From Camelus dromedarius (taxonomy: Eukaryota), in NCBI RefSeq assembly GCF_036321535.1, contig NC_087438.1:12340001-12404000 (forward strand): a DNA stretch of 64,000 nt, in the 5' to 3' direction. Positions 61,992 through 64,000 of the stretch are shown piece after piece. The notes under the pieces were generated by a model. It was given only the letters and a program-made list of their open reading frames with translations, ran no database searches and was not told the DNA's origin. Made by a program: the position numbers and the translations under genes. How positions within the stretch are numbered: the stretch's first letter is position 1; the number at the start of each line of letters is the position of its first letter.

Positions 61992-63312
61992 AATAAATAA
62001 ATAAAAATCCATTGTTGAATCTTTTACCTCAGATCCCTGATTTTTAAAAATTTCCACATTCAGGGTATGAAAGCAGAACCATACAAACTACAAAGAAGTC
62101 CTGAAATTTTTCCATAAACCATTTATCATCTGAGACATTAGAGCAACTCTGTGGGCAGCTCCTTATTTCTCTTAAGAGTAACTGTCATGAAATATATGAT
62201 ATCTCCTTATTCTTAACAATACACCTTCAGAAACACTAGGCCCTAGTTTCTCTTCTAACTTTCAAGGAATCCCTATTGTTAGTCGATTTTAAAAAGTATA
62301 TAATTCTGGAGTTGAATGAATCCTAATTCTGATTTAGCAACAAGTTTGATACATCCCAAATTCTTTCATTTTCCTCATTTAAAAAAAGTCCTCCTTGTTG
62401 AGATTCTACGCATTGTGTCCTTCCTTTGAAGGCGGGGCTTTCTAATTCATTGTTTCTTCATTATTGTTTTTCTAAGAAAAGCAAGCCTGCTTTCAACACT
62501 GGAATGTGCTCGAAGTGCACGTCATCCCCGGAGTTGTAAAGAGGCTCTGAACCAGCTCATACGAGGTTACCAGACTTGGGAGGAGACACAAACATCCTCT
62601 TCTGGTCCGTGGAAAGGTCCGGGGCTGTGGATGTGCCTTCATCAGCTTTCCTTCTGTCAGGGCTTGGGCCCTCCAGCCTGTATCAAATGACAAGGGTTGG
62701 CTTCTCATATGAAAAATGACACTCATCGCCACTCTAGAGATGCTGTTTATATTTACTTTTACCACCCACACTTTTGAACATTGGCAGCAAGAGAGCAATT
62801 TGAGCCATTCTCTAGAATTAGGCAGTAGACGGAGAGGAGGTTTATCCTATAGCATCGGAGGGGAGAGGCTGAGAAAGTGTCAAAACTGCATGAACTCAAC
62901 AACCGGAGAGTCTACAAACTGACTGTTGGGGATTGAGATACTGTACATAGAAGCATGTGGTTTCACCCATCTATATACCATACTCGAATTTGGGGAAGGA
63001 GAGAGATGGGACAGATCTGTTCTGATCCCTCGTGGTTTAAATTAACAAAATAAAAAGAATCTCCTACACTATGCAGGCAGGGTCTAAAGAACTAGGTTTT
63101 GGGAACAGTATGGGGATTCCTGTATCCGATCGGGCTTTGGACTAGATAATGCTGCGTACCTTGAGAGCTTACGAATGTACCCCGGGCAGAAGTACATCCC
63201 TGTCATCCTGCACCCGCCTCTTCCACCCATGTGTGTCCCCAGACCAAAATAATTTCTACATAAACGTGGTTAATGAATTTGAGCTAATGTGAACACCAAT
63301 GAAGTAAAATCC

Positions 63313-63551
63313 AGGGTTTTCTTAAAAAGAATTTTTTTTTTTAATTGAAGTACAGTTGGTCACAATGTGTCAATTTCTGGTTTACAGCACAATGTCCCAG
63401 TCATGCACATACATACATATATTTGTTTTCATATTCTTTTTCATTAAAGGTTATTATAAGATTGAACATAGTTCCCTGTGCTATACAGAAGAAACTTTTT
63501 TTTAAAATCTATTTTTATATATAGTGGCTAACATTTGCAAAGGGTTTTCTT
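63313..63551 (-). mobile_element. Camelid-type L1 3' end with TSD
   Basis: 11-bp TSD AGGGTTTTCTT (63313-63323 / 63541-63551), poly(T), and AATTGAAGTACAGT...TTCCCTGTGCTATACAG. Confidence 0.9.
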
Positions 63552-64000
63552 GCTTTCTCCAATAGAATATTGTTGTCTTTCTAGAACCTGTTCACCCATC
63601 TTGGTGGTTTAAACCCACAAGTGAGTCCAATGAAGGGTTTCTCATGTAGAAGGACAAGCTGGAGAAAGAGACATCACACATTTCTATGAACTCAGCTCCC
63701 ACGTGAAAAGCATTTTGGAATGTGATGCTTTGTACAACCTTTGTGGCTGTGGCTAGTGATGTGTGTGGAGAAATCAAAGGGCTTAAAAAAGCCTGTGTCT
63801 GTAGTGTGAAAAACTCTGCCACACACAGCAACAATTCTCTCTCTCTCTCTGTTTGTAAGGACTGACAGATGGGTTCATGTGTCCATGTGTGGGGTGCACA
63901 GAAGACACAGACTACCAGTGTTGTCTGGCGCTCCCCTCCCCCACTGGCAGTATTTCTCTCCCATCTCATGCGTGACTGGCAGGGCACCTGGGGGCTGTAA

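Noticed and set aside
61915..62008. Long A-rich tract as a retrocopy tail
   Set aside because: No upstream retroposon body or convincing TSD found. Treated as low-complexity sequence.
1..64000. Inferring a host gene's direction from LTR orientation bias
   Set aside because: Orientations are mixed (about 12 minus versus 7 plus by my count), too weak to call intronic versus intergenic.

Overview
This is mammalian non-coding DNA, very likely camelid. The basis is two tRNA-derived SINEs matching the camelid Vic-1 family (47916, 59228) and young cetartiodactyl/camelid-type L1 3' UTRs. I recognise no protein-coding exon, RNA gene or CpG-island promoter. The ORF track is explained by chance ORFs and decayed repeats, and only 36284-36523 has real protein similarity (L1 ORF2p C-terminus). 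Much of the window is interspersed repeat: about nine ERV1-type solo LTRs (several with readable 4-bp TSDs), ERVL/MaLR LTRs, L1, L2, MIR and hAT/TcMar DNA-transposon fossils. I found no convincing new multi-gene system. The most interesting structures are: (1) an inverted MIR pair at 26.0/27.1 kb that share far more sequence than independent MIRs should; (2) a young L1 insertion at 19.9 kb with a nested fold-back filler at its 5' junction and a premature poly(A); (3) a young solo LTR at 57.1 kb with a CCAAT/octamer array; (4) an unexplained ancient direct duplication at 37.2/38.6 kb; (5) a poly(A)-tailed chimeric insert splitting a MER5. Repeat family names come from remembered consensus sequences, not a database search. 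Boundaries without TSD or TIR support are approximate.
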